64,000 nt of DNA, taken from assembly GCA_000989515.1 (NCBI GenBank), contig LBOM01000004.1, positions 56,149-120,148 on the forward strand, given 5' to 3'. This document shows, piece after piece, positions 21,611 through 32,809 of this stretch. Origin of the DNA: Candidatus Nomurabacteria bacterium GW2011_GWE1_32_28. Lineage in GTDB: Bacteria; Patescibacteriota; Minisyncoccia; Phycocordibacterales; UBA9973. Position 1 is the first letter of the stretch. Each line of letters opens with the position of its first letter. Position numbers and translations under genes: made by a program. The notes under the pieces were generated by a model, which had not been told where the DNA came from, searched no databases, and saw only the letters and a program-made list of their open reading frames with translations.

Positions 21611-22360
21611 ATGCAAACTACGAATTTGAAGTCACAAGAAAAAGAAAATAATATTAAAGATACTTCTGTAAATATTGAAAAAATGTTTGAAGTAGGTGCC
21701 CATTATGGATACGGAAAGTCAAGAAGACATCCTTCTGTCTCTTCATATATATATGCCACCAAAAACAGCAGTGATATTATAGACCTTGAAAAAACAAGCA
21801 CAATGCTTAAAGATGCTTTAGAATTTGTTAAGAATTTAGGTGCTCAGGGCAAAACTATTCTTTTTGTTGGTTCAAAGCCTGAAGCTAGAGATATAATCAA
21901 AAATTCAGCATTAAGTTTAGATATGCCTTATGTTGATATACGTTGGATCGGGGGAACGTTAAGTAATTTTACAGAAATCAAAAAAAGAATTGCTGAACTT
22001 GAAAAATATAATAAAGAAAATACAGAAGGTGGACTTGAAAAATATACTAAAAAAGAAAGAGTAGTCATGGCAAAAAAAATGGAAAAACTTACAAAATTTT
22101 ATGGAGGGTTAATTGGTCTTAAAAAAACACCAGATGCTTTATTTATTATTGATTCAAAAGCAGAACATATAGCTGCAACAGAAGCAAGAAAATCAAACGT
22201 CCCTGTTGTTGCATTAGCAAATTCTGATTCAAATATAAAAGGTATAGACTACCCTATCGTTGCCAATGATTCTGGAATACCATCAATAAAACTTTTTACC
22301 ACTTATATCATTAATGCTTACAATGAAGGTTCAAAATCTTTAGCTGTAAAAGAAAAATAA
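21611..22360 (+). CDS. rpsB: 30S ribosomal protein S2
   Basis: GAHYG, RWIGGTLSNF, IDYPIVAND. Start moved to ATG 21611, after TTGCAA-17-TAGAAT. Confidence 0.96.
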   Translation: MQTTNLKSQEKENNIKDTSVNIEKMFEVGAHYGYGKSRRHPSVSSYIYATKNSSDIIDLEKTSTMLKDALEFVKNLGAQGKTILFVGSKPEARDIIKNSALSLDMPYVDIRWIGGTLSNFTEIKKRIAELEKYNKENTEGGLEKYTKKERVVMAKKMEKLTKFYGGLIGLKKTPDALFIIDSKAEHIAATEARKSNVPVVALANSDSNIKGIDYPIVANDSGIPSIKLFTTYIINAYNEGSKSLAVKEK

Positions 22361-22365
22361 ATAAT

Positions 22366-23145
22366 ATGTCTATAGATGTAACACTCTCTTTAATAAAAGA
22401 ACTTAGAGATACGACAGGTATCTCTGTTATGCAATGTAAAAATGCACTAGAAGAAGCCGAAGGAGACATGGAAAAAGCTCTCGCAATCTTAAAAAAAACA
22501 AGTTCTGATATTGCTTTAAAAAAAGCAGGAAGAGATGCAAAAGACGGAAGAGTTTATATTAAATCAGAAAATAAAAAATCTATATTAATTGCTCTTCATT
22601 GTGAAACTGATTTTGTATCTAAAAATGAAGATTTTATAAATCTACTTTCAAACTTAGCAAATAAAGTGTCCAATGAAGGTATTGAAAAAACAAAAGAAGA
22701 AGCCACAGAGATGATTAATCCTGTAATACAAAAAACAGGAGAAAAGATAGAGCTTGGTGATATATATGAGATAAAAGGAGAAATACTAGGAAATTATGTA
22801 CACAATCATAAGGTTGCTGTTGTGGTATCATTAGAAAATGGAAATGAAGAATTAGCTCGTGATATTGCTATGCACATAACAGCAATGAAACCAGAATATA
22901 TATCAAAAGATGAAATAACGGAAGATGTCAAAAAAACAATTACAGAAATTTTTGAAAAAGAAGTTTCTGAAATAAACAAACCAGAAGACATCAAAAAGAA
23001 AATGTTAGAAGGGAAAATAAATACTTACTTTAAAGAAAAAACATTACTCAGCCAGACATTTATAAAGAATGGAGATGAGACAATAGAACAACTTTTAGAT
23101 AAAAACAAGGCAAAAATAATAGAAGTCAAACGTTATTCAATTTAA
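22366..23145 (+). CDS. tsf: Elongation factor Ts
   Basis: IKELRDTTGISVMQCKNAL, CETDFV, DIAMHITA. Confidence 0.96.
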   Translation: MSIDVTLSLIKELRDTTGISVMQCKNALEEAEGDMEKALAILKKTSSDIALKKAGRDAKDGRVYIKSENKKSILIALHCETDFVSKNEDFINLLSNLANKVSNEGIEKTKEEATEMINPVIQKTGEKIELGDIYEIKGEILGNYVHNHKVAVVVSLENGNEELARDIAMHITAMKPEYISKDEITEDVKKTITEIFEKEVSEINKPEDIKKKMLEGKINTYFKEKTLLSQTFIKNGDETIEQLLDKNKAKIIEVKRYSI

Positions 23146-23154
23146 GTATATATT

Positions 23155-23568
23155 ATGTATTTACCTTTTACTTTTTTATTTCTTTCACTTATTGGTATTA
23201 TCTTAATGATAGCGCGTGAATTGGTATTAGTTAGAAATGGTCAAGTAAGTGCGGTAGAACATTCTCACCCTTTTGTTCCAGACCTGCAAAGAATAAAAAA
23301 CTTAACATTTAAAAAAAGTAAGGAAATTGGCTATATTATTCTTTTTATAACACTTAGATTTTTCATCAAATCTTCAAATTTTATAAAAACAAAAAGTATA
23401 ATATATATAAAAAAAATAAAAGATAAAATTAGTAAAAAAAATAGTATATCCAACAATGAAACAATACAAAAAAAAGAAGTAGCAAAATATCTAGAGATAA
23501 TTTCAGAATACAGACAAAAGATAAAAAAAATTAAACATATAATAAAAGAAGAAGAAGGAATAGAATAA
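23155..23568 (+). CDS. Hypothetical membrane protein
   Basis: 137-aa ORF with N-terminal TM, in operon position after tsf. Confidence 0.7.
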   Translation: MYLPFTFLFLSLIGIILMIARELVLVRNGQVSAVEHSHPFVPDLQRIKNLTFKKSKEIGYIILFITLRFFIKSSNFIKTKSIIYIKKIKDKISKKNSISNNETIQKKEVAKYLEIISEYRQKIKKIKHIIKEEEGIE

Positions 23569-23588
23569 TATATCAAAATAGAAAATAA

Positions 23589-23661
23589 GCCGCTTTAGCT
23601 CAGTTGGTAGAGCAACACTTTTGTAAAGTGAAGGTCCTCAGTTCGAATCTGAGAAGCGGCT
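23589..23661 (+). tRNA. tRNA-Thr(TGT)
   Basis: Acceptor GCCGCTT/AAGCGGC, D arm GCTC-AGTTGGTA-GAGC, anticodon loop TTTGTAA, T arm CTCAG-TTCGAAT-CTGAG. Discriminator T, CCA not encoded. Confidence 0.95.
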
Positions 23662-23704
23662 CAAGTAAAACTCTTAAAAACTAAAAGCAGCTAGTTTATA
23701 TTTT

Positions 23705-24400
23705 CTAGTTTTTTATAGGAATTGTTTCTTCTAGTTTTATGTCTTGAAGCTTAAAAGATTCTTTCACACGAGATTCTAGCTCTTCTATGCTATGAAAACC
23801 AGTTAATACGTCTCCATCAATAACAAGAGCAGGTAGTTTTGTATCTTCTATTTTATAAATTTGAAGCATAGATTTTACAGCCGAAAGATCAATACTATAA
23901 TCAAAAGAATAAACACGAAGTTCTGGATATTTATCTCTTAGGTTGGAAAGTACCACACCCTCTCTTTCACACTCACTACAGTTTTCTGCTGTTGTGTAAA
24001 AATAGAGAATAAAAGCAGCTTTTGTTTTACATCTCTCGGAAATCTTTTTTGTTAAAAGATAATCTTTGATTTGTAAAAGTGAGTAATATTTTTTTAGATA
24101 TGAAACTGTATCAGTCGTACCTAAATTATCTTGCCCCCATTCTAATTTGCGACCTAGCTCGCCAAGTTCACCTGAAATAATAGAATCAGAAATATTTTTG
24201 CAAGAAAGTTCTGAAAGTAATGAAAATTGAGTCTCAGAAGAAAGAATATCAATAGATATTTTATCTTGAATTAATTTCAATTGATCAATCTTTTTATTTC
24301 CGAAATAATTACTAATATAACTAGCACTTAAAAAAATACCCAAAGTAAATAAAAAGACTATTAAATATTTTTTCCAATCTATGTGATGATTTTGTTCCAT
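23705..24400 (-). CDS. Membrane-anchored protein with a thioredoxin-like CxxC C-terminal domain
   Basis: N-terminal TM; ILYFY...CSEC...LRVYSFD...LPALVI. Confidence 0.7.
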   Translation of the reverse strand: MEQNHHIDWKKYLIVFLFTLGIFLSASYISNYFGNKKIDQLKLIQDKISIDILSSETQFSLLSELSCKNISDSIISGELGELGRKLEWGQDNLGTTDTVSYLKKYYSLLQIKDYLLTKKISERCKTKAAFILYFYTTAENCSECEREGVVLSNLRDKYPELRVYSFDYSIDLSAVKSMLQIYKIEDTKLPALVIDGDVLTGFHSIEELESRVKESFKLQDIKLEETIPIKN

Positions 24401-24428
24401 ATTTTTTAATTCATAATTTATAATTAAA

Positions 24429-25673
24429 CTACCTCCAGGCTGGTTTTCTGGATAGAATCGTATTAAAAATTGCCTTTAAAAGCCAAAATGGGCCAACTAT
24501 ACTGAAAATTAAAATATAAAGAATCATATTAAAAGAAAGATTCCATTTTCCTTCGGACATTTTTTTACCTATCATTATAGAGAAAATAATTAATAAAAAT
24601 AATAGAATACCAATAAAAGATAAAGATTGAGTGTTTATAAAAAATGGATCAAAATGACTTATATTGTAATTAAAATTAAAACCAACATCTTTAAATTCTA
24701 AAACTTTCAAAAATAAAAATTTACCAAAACTATAGACTGTTTTTCCAAAAATAAAAGTAACTGCAACTACAGACATAATATTAAAAGGCAATGAAAAAAG
24801 TGAAAAATTGCCATATTTTTTTTTAAAAATCATACTACGATAATCGATCGTATTATTTATAAATCCATAAATCCAACGTAATCTTTGTTTATAAAGTTTT
24901 TTTATGGTTCCCGGAGTATTGGTATAAACATAAGCATCATTACATTGTTTTATTTTATAGTTATTCTTTTGCATACGATATGCAATTTCCATGTCTTCTG
25001 TATTATGTGCATGACGATATGGTCCTAAATCATCAAACACCTTCCTATTAAAAATAGTAAGAGGTCCTGGAGTAACATGAATAGCCCCTAAAAAACTAAG
25101 CATTTTTTTAACATAAATAGACATATCATATTCAGCTTTTTGTGCATGTTGAATAATGTTTTTAGAATTAATTACTAAAATAGATGGAGAAACAGCCATG
25201 ACGCTAGAATCTTTTTCAAAATAACTCATTATACGCACGAGAGATTCAGGATCAGCAATAGAATCAGCATCTAAACAACCCACATAATCAGTCTCTAGGT
25301 TCTCAAGGCCTACATTAAGTGCAGTATGTTTACCACCATTATCTTTATGAAAAATTTTTATATTTGAAAATTTAGAAAATTTTTGCATAAAATCCCAAGT
25401 TTTATCAGTAGAACCATCATCTATTAGAAATATCTGAATTTTGTTTTTAGGATAATTTAAATTTAACAATGACCGTACTGTCTTATAAATTGTATTCTCT
25501 TCATTCCATGCAGGAACCATAATAGTTACCTTAGGATATTTATAAAGTTTAGTGGAACCATTTCTGTTGGTTATTTCTTTTTTATTGTCTAAGAAGGTTA
25601 TTAAAAAAAATACCTGCACATAAACAGACAAAAAGGAAAAAATATAAAAAATTGAACTTAAAAATAAAGCCAT
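24429..25673 (-). CDS. Processive family 2 glycosyltransferase (IcaA/PgaC-like)
   Basis: DDGSTD, GKHTALN, DAD, TED and QRLRW (QxxRW), with flanking TMs. Start moved to ATG 25673. Confidence 0.92.
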   Translation of the reverse strand: MALFLSSIFYIFSFLSVYVQVFFLITFLDNKKEITNRNGSTKLYKYPKVTIMVPAWNEENTIYKTVRSLLNLNYPKNKIQIFLIDDGSTDKTWDFMQKFSKFSNIKIFHKDNGGKHTALNVGLENLETDYVGCLDADSIADPESLVRIMSYFEKDSSVMAVSPSILVINSKNIIQHAQKAEYDMSIYVKKMLSFLGAIHVTPGPLTIFNRKVFDDLGPYRHAHNTEDMEIAYRMQKNNYKIKQCNDAYVYTNTPGTIKKLYKQRLRWIYGFINNTIDYRSMIFKKKYGNFSLFSLPFNIMSVVAVTFIFGKTVYSFGKFLFLKVLEFKDVGFNFNYNISHFDPFFINTQSLSFIGILLFLLIIFSIMIGKKMSEGKWNLSFNMILYILIFSIVGPFWLLKAIFNTILSRKPAWR

Positions 25674-25768
25674 ATTATATTGATATAATATAACATTTTG
25701 ACAAAAAACACAAACCCCACCTAGATTTAAATCGAGGTGGGGTTTTATCAAAAAAATAGCCCTTAAAT

Positions 25769-26086
25769 TTAGACATTCCCATCAATTTTTGAAACTTCTA
25801 CTGTTTCTGTAGTAGTTGTTGAACAAGGAGTACAAACTCCATTTACACACTTTTCACATTTACAATCAAAAATAATCATTATAGATGCTACACCAACAAT
25901 CGTATATATAATTGCCTCAAGAATAGGCATAGAACCAAGAGCTATATTAACAACATTCCATCCACCCGTAGCTCCTAAAAGCATTCCCAACCCAACCAAA
26001 CCCCAATTTATTCCTCCTATAAGAACCAATACTTTAACTATGGCAGACATAGTACAAACACCTTTTTTACAACAATCTTTATACAT
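25769..26086 (-). CDS. DUF378 family membrane protein
   Basis: LVLIGGINWGLVG...WNVV...IIYTIVG. Confidence 0.85.
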   Translation of the reverse strand: MYKDCCKKGVCTMSAIVKVLVLIGGINWGLVGLGMLLGATGGWNVVNIALGSMPILEAIIYTIVGVASIMIIFDCKCEKCVNGVCTPCSTTTTETVEVSKIDGNV

Positions 26087-26187
26087 AATATTAATCAAAT
26101 TATTTTATAATGTTTTTTCACTAAAACGACAATTTAAGTGATTTTTAATAACACTAAATAATTATACCATATTCTAATTTAGAATAA

Positions 26188-27429
26188 TTAATCAAAATAA
26201 TTTTTAAGTCTAACTATTTTTTCATTTTGTCGAAGCTTCTCATGAACCTTAGCTTCAATTTGACGAATACGTTCACGAGTTACTCCAAACTCTTCTCCTA
26301 CTCTCTCTAGAGTATGCTGAATACCATCAACCAGACCATAACGCATCTCAAGTATCTTACACTCCTTTGGATTAAGTTCATTTAAAACTTCGCGAATTTG
26401 ATCAGATAAAATACGCCTAGAAGATTCTTGGTCTGGTCGCAAAATCTTATCATCTGGAATAAAGTTTTCTAGTGTTGATTTATCATCATCATCCCCTACT
26501 GGTTGTTCAAGAGAAATAGTTTCTTGACTAATATTTTCAATCACATGAATTTTCTCAACAGGAATACCCATTTCTGTTGCAATTTCTTCGGCCAATGGTT
26601 CACGCCCTAGATCCTGACTAAGTCTTCTATATGTTTGTTTATATTTTGAAATAGTTTCTACCATATGTACTGGTATACGAATAGTTCTACTCTGATCAGC
26701 GAGTGCTCGAGTTATAGATTGACGAATCCACCATGTTGCATAAGTTGAAAATTTATATCCCTTTGTCCAATCAAATTTTTCAACTGCTTTAAATAATCCT
26801 AAATTACCTTCTTGAATCAAATCAAGCAGACTCAAATTTGCACTTCTTCCTACATATTTTTTTGCTATTGAAACAACCAAACGTAGATTAGCACGTGCTA
26901 GCAAATTTTTTGCTTCTTCATCTCCTCCTTCTATTCGCTTAGCAAGATCTTTTTCATCAATTGCACGTATAAGAGAATATTGCCCTATCTCCTTTAAATA
27001 CATTTGAATAGAATCATGAATCGTAGATTTATTTAAATCTTTATCAGAAAGATCGTTATCAAGGTTGAGTAAATTTCCACCTTCTAATACATCAATACCA
27101 GCAACTGAAAATTTCTCATAAAGTTCATCTAAAAAGAAAATATTATTTTCAATATCAGGAAAAGTTTTTAATATCTCATCATAAGTAATAAAACCCCTCT
27201 TTCTTCCCTTTTCTATAAGCTCATTAGAAATACGAACAAAAGCGTCTGCCTTTTTTTCTTTGGCTGTTGTTTTTTTTACAATCTTTACTGGTTTTATTAT
27301 CTTTTTAGAAACTTTATTTATTATTTTATTTTTTTTAACTATTTTTTTTGTAATCTTTTTTATTATCTTTTTAGAAACTTTCTTTACCTTAGACTTTAAA
27401 ACTTTTTTATTTTTCATTTTTTTCTTCAT
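26188..27429 (-). CDS. rpoD: Primary sigma factor
   Basis: [45 protein letters not shown]. Confidence 0.96.
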   Translation of the reverse strand: MKKKMKNKKVLKSKVKKVSKKIIKKITKKIVKKNKIINKVSKKIIKPVKIVKKTTAKEKKADAFVRISNELIEKGRKRGFITYDEILKTFPDIENNIFFLDELYEKFSVAGIDVLEGGNLLNLDNDLSDKDLNKSTIHDSIQMYLKEIGQYSLIRAIDEKDLAKRIEGGDEEAKNLLARANLRLVVSIAKKYVGRSANLSLLDLIQEGNLGLFKAVEKFDWTKGYKFSTYATWWIRQSITRALADQSRTIRIPVHMVETISKYKQTYRRLSQDLGREPLAEEIATEMGIPVEKIHVIENISQETISLEQPVGDDDDKSTLENFIPDDKILRPDQESSRRILSDQIREVLNELNPKECKILEMRYGLVDGIQHTLERVGEEFGVTRERIRQIEAKVHEKLRQNEKIVRLKNYFD

Positions 27430-27445
27430 ATAATTTTATGCAATT

Positions 27446-29170
27446 TTAAACTTGTGGTTTATTTTTAAGACGACCATTTTTAATACCTTGTATTTTTTTA
27501 TTAATTTCATCTACTTTTTTTAAAATTTCTATTTCTCCCTCTTTTCCTTTTATATTATATAAATCAACCATATTTTTTGACAACTCTTCTTTTAAATATT
27601 CCTCTTCTATATTTAACAACATCTCGTCTACATCTTTTTGTAAATTTTCATTATTTGAATAAAACTCTTCTGCTTCAGAGACCAAGTCTTCTTTTATATT
27701 TTGATATTTTTCATATACTTTTACTAATTTTTTAAAAATTAATTCTGGATCTATTTTTCTATTTTTTACACTTTCTTGCCAAAAAGCTATCCCAAAAAGT
27801 TTACGTTCAATTGGATCTTTTCTTAATTTTTTTTCTACATTTTCTTTTGCAATTTTTATCTCTTCCTTTTCGTATTTTAATGCAAGCTCAACCTTCTTTA
27901 AATCTTCTATCAAATCACTAGTAGCAATAGAAGATTTACTACTAATTAATTGAATAAATCGTGATTTCTCAATAGAACTTTCTATGTCATTTATAAAAGG
28001 AAGCAATCTTTCTCTAATTTCCTTATCTGTTTTTCTATTGTCAGATATATTGCTCAAGATCCTATCAAGCATAAATTCAATAAAATGTTTAGAATTCTTT
28101 ATAGCTAAACGCCAGGAATCTACACCAACTTTTGAAATTAAATCTGCTGGATCCATACCTTCTGGCATACTAGCAACTTTGACATCCATTCCTAAATACA
28201 AAGCGATTTTAGCAAAACGATTTGAAGCACTTATCCCTGCTTTATCTGCGTCATAAGCTAGAACAATATTTTTTGATAATCTAGTAATTAATCCTAAATT
28301 ATTTATAATATTTTCTTTTGACACAAGTGAGTCAGTCATAGCTGTACCAGAAGATGCTACTGTATTTTTAAATCCCGCCTGATGAGATAAAATCAAATCC
28401 ATTTGACCCTCAACAAGAATAGAAAAATTATTTTTTCTAATTGAATCTTTTGCTTTGTCTATACCAAAAAGCACAGAAGATTTATTAAATATCGGAGTTT
28501 CTGGACTATTTAAATATTTTGCAGATTTTCCATCATCCACAAAAATTCTACCAGAAAAAGCAATAATGCGACCACTTGAATCAGCAATTGGAAAAATAAT
28601 TCTAGCACGAAATCTATCATAAAATCCTTTATCAGTTTTTTTTACTAATCCAGCTTTTTCCATTTCTATATTAGAAAAACCAAGATTACTAAGATAAGAA
28701 TGCAATAAATGCCAGTCATTTTTTATAAAACCAATTCTAAAATCTTTTATCGTTTTTTCATGCAATCCACGAGATTTTAGATACTCTAATACATCACTTT
28801 CTACTATTAAATTTTTTTCAAAAAATCTGGTAGCTTCTTCAATAATTCTATAAAGTTTATCCTTCTCTCCTTCTTTTTCTTTATTAAATTCTGATAAAAC
28901 AACACCAGCTTTTTCAGCTAAAATTTTCAAAGTACTTTTAAAATCAAGCCCTTCGAATTCTTGAACAAAAGTAAATATATCTCCCTTTGCACCACAACCA
29001 AAACAATAATAATTATTACGTTCTGTTGATATAAAAAAAGACGGCGTTTTTTCATTATGAAATGGACATCTGGCTTTAAAATTTACACCAGATCGCTCTA
29101 ATTTTATATAGGAAGAGACTACTTCTTCAATTGAAAGCCTCTCCTTGATTTGTTGAACGGGAGAGTTCAT
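27446..29170 (-). CDS. dnaG: DNA primase
   Basis: CPFHNEKTPSF...CFGC, KYLNSPET, VEGQMD, YDADKAG. Confidence 0.97.
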   Translation of the reverse strand: MNSPVQQIKERLSIEEVVSSYIKLERSGVNFKARCPFHNEKTPSFFISTERNNYYCFGCGAKGDIFTFVQEFEGLDFKSTLKILAEKAGVVLSEFNKEKEGEKDKLYRIIEEATRFFEKNLIVESDVLEYLKSRGLHEKTIKDFRIGFIKNDWHLLHSYLSNLGFSNIEMEKAGLVKKTDKGFYDRFRARIIFPIADSSGRIIAFSGRIFVDDGKSAKYLNSPETPIFNKSSVLFGIDKAKDSIRKNNFSILVEGQMDLILSHQAGFKNTVASSGTAMTDSLVSKENIINNLGLITRLSKNIVLAYDADKAGISASNRFAKIALYLGMDVKVASMPEGMDPADLISKVGVDSWRLAIKNSKHFIEFMLDRILSNISDNRKTDKEIRERLLPFINDIESSIEKSRFIQLISSKSSIATSDLIEDLKKVELALKYEKEEIKIAKENVEKKLRKDPIERKLFGIAFWQESVKNRKIDPELIFKKLVKVYEKYQNIKEDLVSEAEEFYSNNENLQKDVDEMLLNIEEEYLKEELSKNMVDLYNIKGKEGEIEILKKVDEINKKIQGIKNGRLKNKPQV

Positions 29171-29176
29171 ATTTTT

Positions 29177-32100
29177 TTATTCCTCTTCCTTAGAAGAAGA
29201 TTTTTTACTATTAAATCCAGTTCCTGCTGGAATTAATCGTCCAATAATAACATTTTCTTTTAGTCCTCTAAGTGAATCAATTCCCCCCTTGATAGCATTC
29301 TCAATTAGAACACGATTAGTATTTTGGAAAGAAGCAGCTGAAAGCCAACTCTTAGTACGTAAAGATACTTCAGTAATACCAAGAACAATTATTTCTGCTT
29401 TTGCTTCTTGTTGGTTTATTTTAGCAACTCTTTCATTCTCTTCTATAAATGCAGTATTCTCAACAATATCACCAGAAGAGAAATTAGTCTCACCTGAATC
29501 TTTTATTTTTCTTCGTGAAAACATTTGACGAATGATTATTTCAGTATGTTTTCTAGAAATTGAAGCACTTTGAAGTTCATAGACTTTATTAATTTCTCTA
29601 ATTATGTACTCTTCAACTAATTCCTTGCCTCCAAATTTAAATATTTCTCCTATATCTGCTGATCCATCAGTAAGAAGTTCTCCCTTTTTAATTTGTTGTC
29701 CAACTTTTACTATTGGCATCCTACGGAATGGTATCAAATATTCTATTTCCTTTACTTTACTATCTTTATCGTCAGAAAGTACTTTGATTATTTTCTCACC
29801 ATTTCGGCTTGGTAAACCATCTTCTCCTTCTTTATTCTTTATTTCAAAAACTTCTCCATCTGTTTGAGATATTATTGCTGGATTTTTAGGAATCCTTCTC
29901 TCAAAAATCTCTTCAATACGAGGCAAACCTGTAGTTATATCTGTACCTGCAACACCTCCAGCGTGGAATGTACGAAGTGTAAGCTGGGTACCTGGTTCTC
30001 CGATTGCTTGAGCTGCGATAATACCAACTGCTTCTCCTAAATCAACAAGATGATTTCGTCCCAAATCCAAACCATAACACATCTGACAAAGACCATGGGT
30101 TGTACGACATGTAAGTGGTGAACGAACGAATACTTCTTTAAAACCAGCACCCTCTATGTTGTATGCTTCTTCTTTTGTAACCAAAAATCCTTTCTTGTAT
30201 AAAACTTTTCCATCTTTATCTTTCAAGTCACCTGCTAATATGCGTCCACGAATATTTTTTGAAAGAGGAATTTCAATTCCAGATATATTTTCTTTTGTCA
30301 CCATCTTTCCTTCCTTTGTTCCACAATCTTCCTCAGTAATAACAACATCTTGTGCAACATCAACCAAACGACGTGTAAGATAACCAGCCTTAGCAGTATT
30401 AAGAGCAGTATCAGATGCACCCTTACGAGCACCGTGTGTGGTAACGAAATATTCTATTGGAGAAAGCCCCTCAAAATAACTAGGAATAATAGGAAATTCT
30501 AATGTATTACCTTGGTTATTTTGAATAAGTCCTTTCATTCCAGCCATCTGTATCAAAGAAGTCATCGTACCTCTAGCTCCTGAAGTAAATAAATCAAAAG
30601 TAGAACCATTTTTGTCCAGCGTATTAGGAAGAACTTTTTCTAATTCTTTTTTAGCATATGTCCAAATTTCAATAATTTTTTGATATCTTTCTTCTTCTGA
30701 AAGAAGACCGTCATTCCATTCTGAAATTATTTTTTCTTCTGCTTTTCTTCCTTCTTCTATAATTTTTCCTTTCTCTGGTGGAACCTTAACATTGTCTAAA
30801 CCCCATGTTGTACCAGAAAAAGTTGAATATTTAAAACCAAAACTTTTTATTTTATCAAGTATAGGAGGAGTTTTATCTACTCCATAATACATAATAAGCT
30901 CATCAACAAGTGAAGATAATCTTTTTTGATTCATTTCATCACTAACATAGAAAAAATCATTTGGTAAAACACTATTAAAAAGAAGCTTACCAACAGTGGT
31001 ATCAAAAAATTCTCCACCATATTTTTTATATTTATGACTATCTGTTGCTAAAACTTTTATTTTAGCTCTAAGAGACACAACCCCGTATTCATAAGCAGTT
31101 ATAGCAGTATTAGGACTTGAAAAATATTTACCTTCTCCATGCTCTCCATCAACAGATTTTGTCATCCAATAAGAACCGAGCACGATATCTTTACTAGGAT
31201 GAACAATAGGGTCACCATTTTGTGGTTTAAGTAAGTTTTTGTTTGCAGCCATTAATTCCCTAGCTTCTGATTGAGCTTCTTCTAAAAGAGGAACATATAC
31301 AGCCATCTGGTCTCCATCAAAGTCAGCATTAAAAGCCTGACAAACAAGCGGATGTACTTGAATAGCATTCCCTTCAATAAGAATAGGATTAAAAGCTTGA
31401 ATACCCAAACGATGAAGTGTCGGTGCACGGTTTAAGAGAACATATTTTCCCTGGATTACTTCTTCTAGCATTGCCCAAACTTCTGGAGTTCTTTCTTCTA
31501 TGAGTTTGTTTGCACCACGAATATTAAATGCTAGTTCGGCTTGTAAAATTTTAGAAATGACAAATGGTCTAAAGAGTTCAAGTGCCATGTGTTTTGGTAA
31601 TCCACATTGATTTAATTTAAGCTCCGGACCAACAACGATAACAGAACGACCAGAATAATCTACGCGTTTACCAAGTAAGTTTTGCCTAAACAAACCTTGC
31701 TTGGACTTCAAATTATCAGACAGAGATTTTAGTGGGCGTTTTTGAGATTGACTCATTGCAACACTATCATTTTGTTTTGCAATCGAGTTATCAATAAGAG
31801 CATCCACAGCTTCTTGTATAATTCTCTTTTCGTTTCTTAAAATTACATCTGGAGCATTTATTTCCTTTAGTTTCTTTAAACGATTATTTCTGTTTATTAC
31901 TCTACGATAAAGATCATTCAAGTCTGATGTAGCATGACGTCCACCATCGAGTGCCACCATTGGGCGTAATACTGGAGGAATAACTGGAATTATAGTCAAA
32001 AACATCCATTCTGGTCTAATCTCCGCATATGTCATAGCACGAATAAGTGAAAGTCTTTTTTGTAATTTTTCTTTCTCAATAATACTTGCTTTTTCAAGCA

Positions 32101-32809
32101 TTTTTTCTGTATGAGTTTTTAATTTATTTAAATCAAGATTCTTAAAAATAGAATAAATAGCTTCAGCGCCTATATTTGCTTCAAAACAAGTACCGTATTT
32201 TAAAGAATAATGATGAAAAGAAATTTCATTTAAAACTTTTCCTTCATAAATTTCTAAAATTTCTTTTTTAGTAGTAGTAAATAAACCCTTTAATTTTTCA
32301 CGAGTCTCGTCATCAGCAGAATTTTTTAATTTAGCTTTATATTCTTTTTCTAAGCCTTCAAGGATTATTTCTTTTTCATTTTCATGAACTTTGGTAATTA
32401 TATATCCAGCAAAATATATAACCTTCTCAAGGTCAGATACAGATATATTAAGAAGAATACTCATTCTAGAAGGTACTCCTCTTAAAAACCAAATGTGTGC
32501 TACTGGTGTCGCAAGTTCTATATGCCCCATTCTTTCTCGTCTTACAATAGAACGAGTCACTTCAACTCCACACTTCTCACAAATTATATCTTTATAACGG
32601 ATACGACGATATTTTCCACAGTAACATTCATAATCTTTTTCTGGTCCAAATATTTTCTCGTCAAAAAGACCTCCTCGCTCAGATCTGCCAGTACGATAAT
32701 TTATCGTCTCGGGTTTGGTAACCTCTCCATAAGACCAGTCTTTTATTTGCTCAGGTGATGCAAGCTTGAGCGAAATATAATCAAAATCAGTTTTATTTAG
32801 TGTTTTCAT
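29177..32809 (-). CDS. rpoC: RNA polymerase beta' subunit
   Basis: NADFDGDQMA, GKRVDYSGRSVI, zinc finger CYCGKY. Confidence 0.98.
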   Translation of the reverse strand: MKTLNKTDFDYISLKLASPEQIKDWSYGEVTKPETINYRTGRSERGGLFDEKIFGPEKDYECYCGKYRRIRYKDIICEKCGVEVTRSIVRRERMGHIELATPVAHIWFLRGVPSRMSILLNISVSDLEKVIYFAGYIITKVHENEKEIILEGLEKEYKAKLKNSADDETREKLKGLFTTTKKEILEIYEGKVLNEISFHHYSLKYGTCFEANIGAEAIYSIFKNLDLNKLKTHTEKMLEKASIIEKEKLQKRLSLIRAMTYAEIRPEWMFLTIIPVIPPVLRPMVALDGGRHATSDLNDLYRRVINRNNRLKKLKEINAPDVILRNEKRIIQEAVDALIDNSIAKQNDSVAMSQSQKRPLKSLSDNLKSKQGLFRQNLLGKRVDYSGRSVIVVGPELKLNQCGLPKHMALELFRPFVISKILQAELAFNIRGANKLIEERTPEVWAMLEEVIQGKYVLLNRAPTLHRLGIQAFNPILIEGNAIQVHPLVCQAFNADFDGDQMAVYVPLLEEAQSEARELMAANKNLLKPQNGDPIVHPSKDIVLGSYWMTKSVDGEHGEGKYFSSPNTAITAYEYGVVSLRAKIKVLATDSHKYKKYGGEFFDTTVGKLLFNSVLPNDFFYVSDEMNQKRLSSLVDELIMYYGVDKTPPILDKIKSFGFKYSTFSGTTWGLDNVKVPPEKGKIIEEGRKAEEKIISEWNDGLLSEEERYQKIIEIWTYAKKELEKVLPNTLDKNGSTFDLFTSGARGTMTSLIQMAGMKGLIQNNQGNTLEFPIIPSYFEGLSPIEYFVTTHGARKGASDTALNTAKAGYLTRRLVDVAQDVVITEEDCGTKEGKMVTKENISGIEIPLSKNIRGRILAGDLKDKDGKVLYKKGFLVTKEEAYNIEGAGFKEVFVRSPLTCRTTHGLCQMCYGLDLGRNHLVDLGEAVGIIAAQAIGEPGTQLTLRTFHAGGVAGTDITTGLPRIEEIFERRIPKNPAIISQTDGEVFEIKNKEGEDGLPSRNGEKIIKVLSDDKDSKVKEIEYLIPFRRMPIVKVGQQIKKGELLTDGSADIGEIFKFGGKELVEEYIIREINKVYELQSASISRKHTEIIIRQMFSRRKIKDSGETNFSSGDIVENTAFIEENERVAKINQQEAKAEIIVLGITEVSLRTKSWLSAASFQNTNRVLIENAIKGGIDSLRGLKENVIIGRLIPAGTGFNSKKSSSKEEE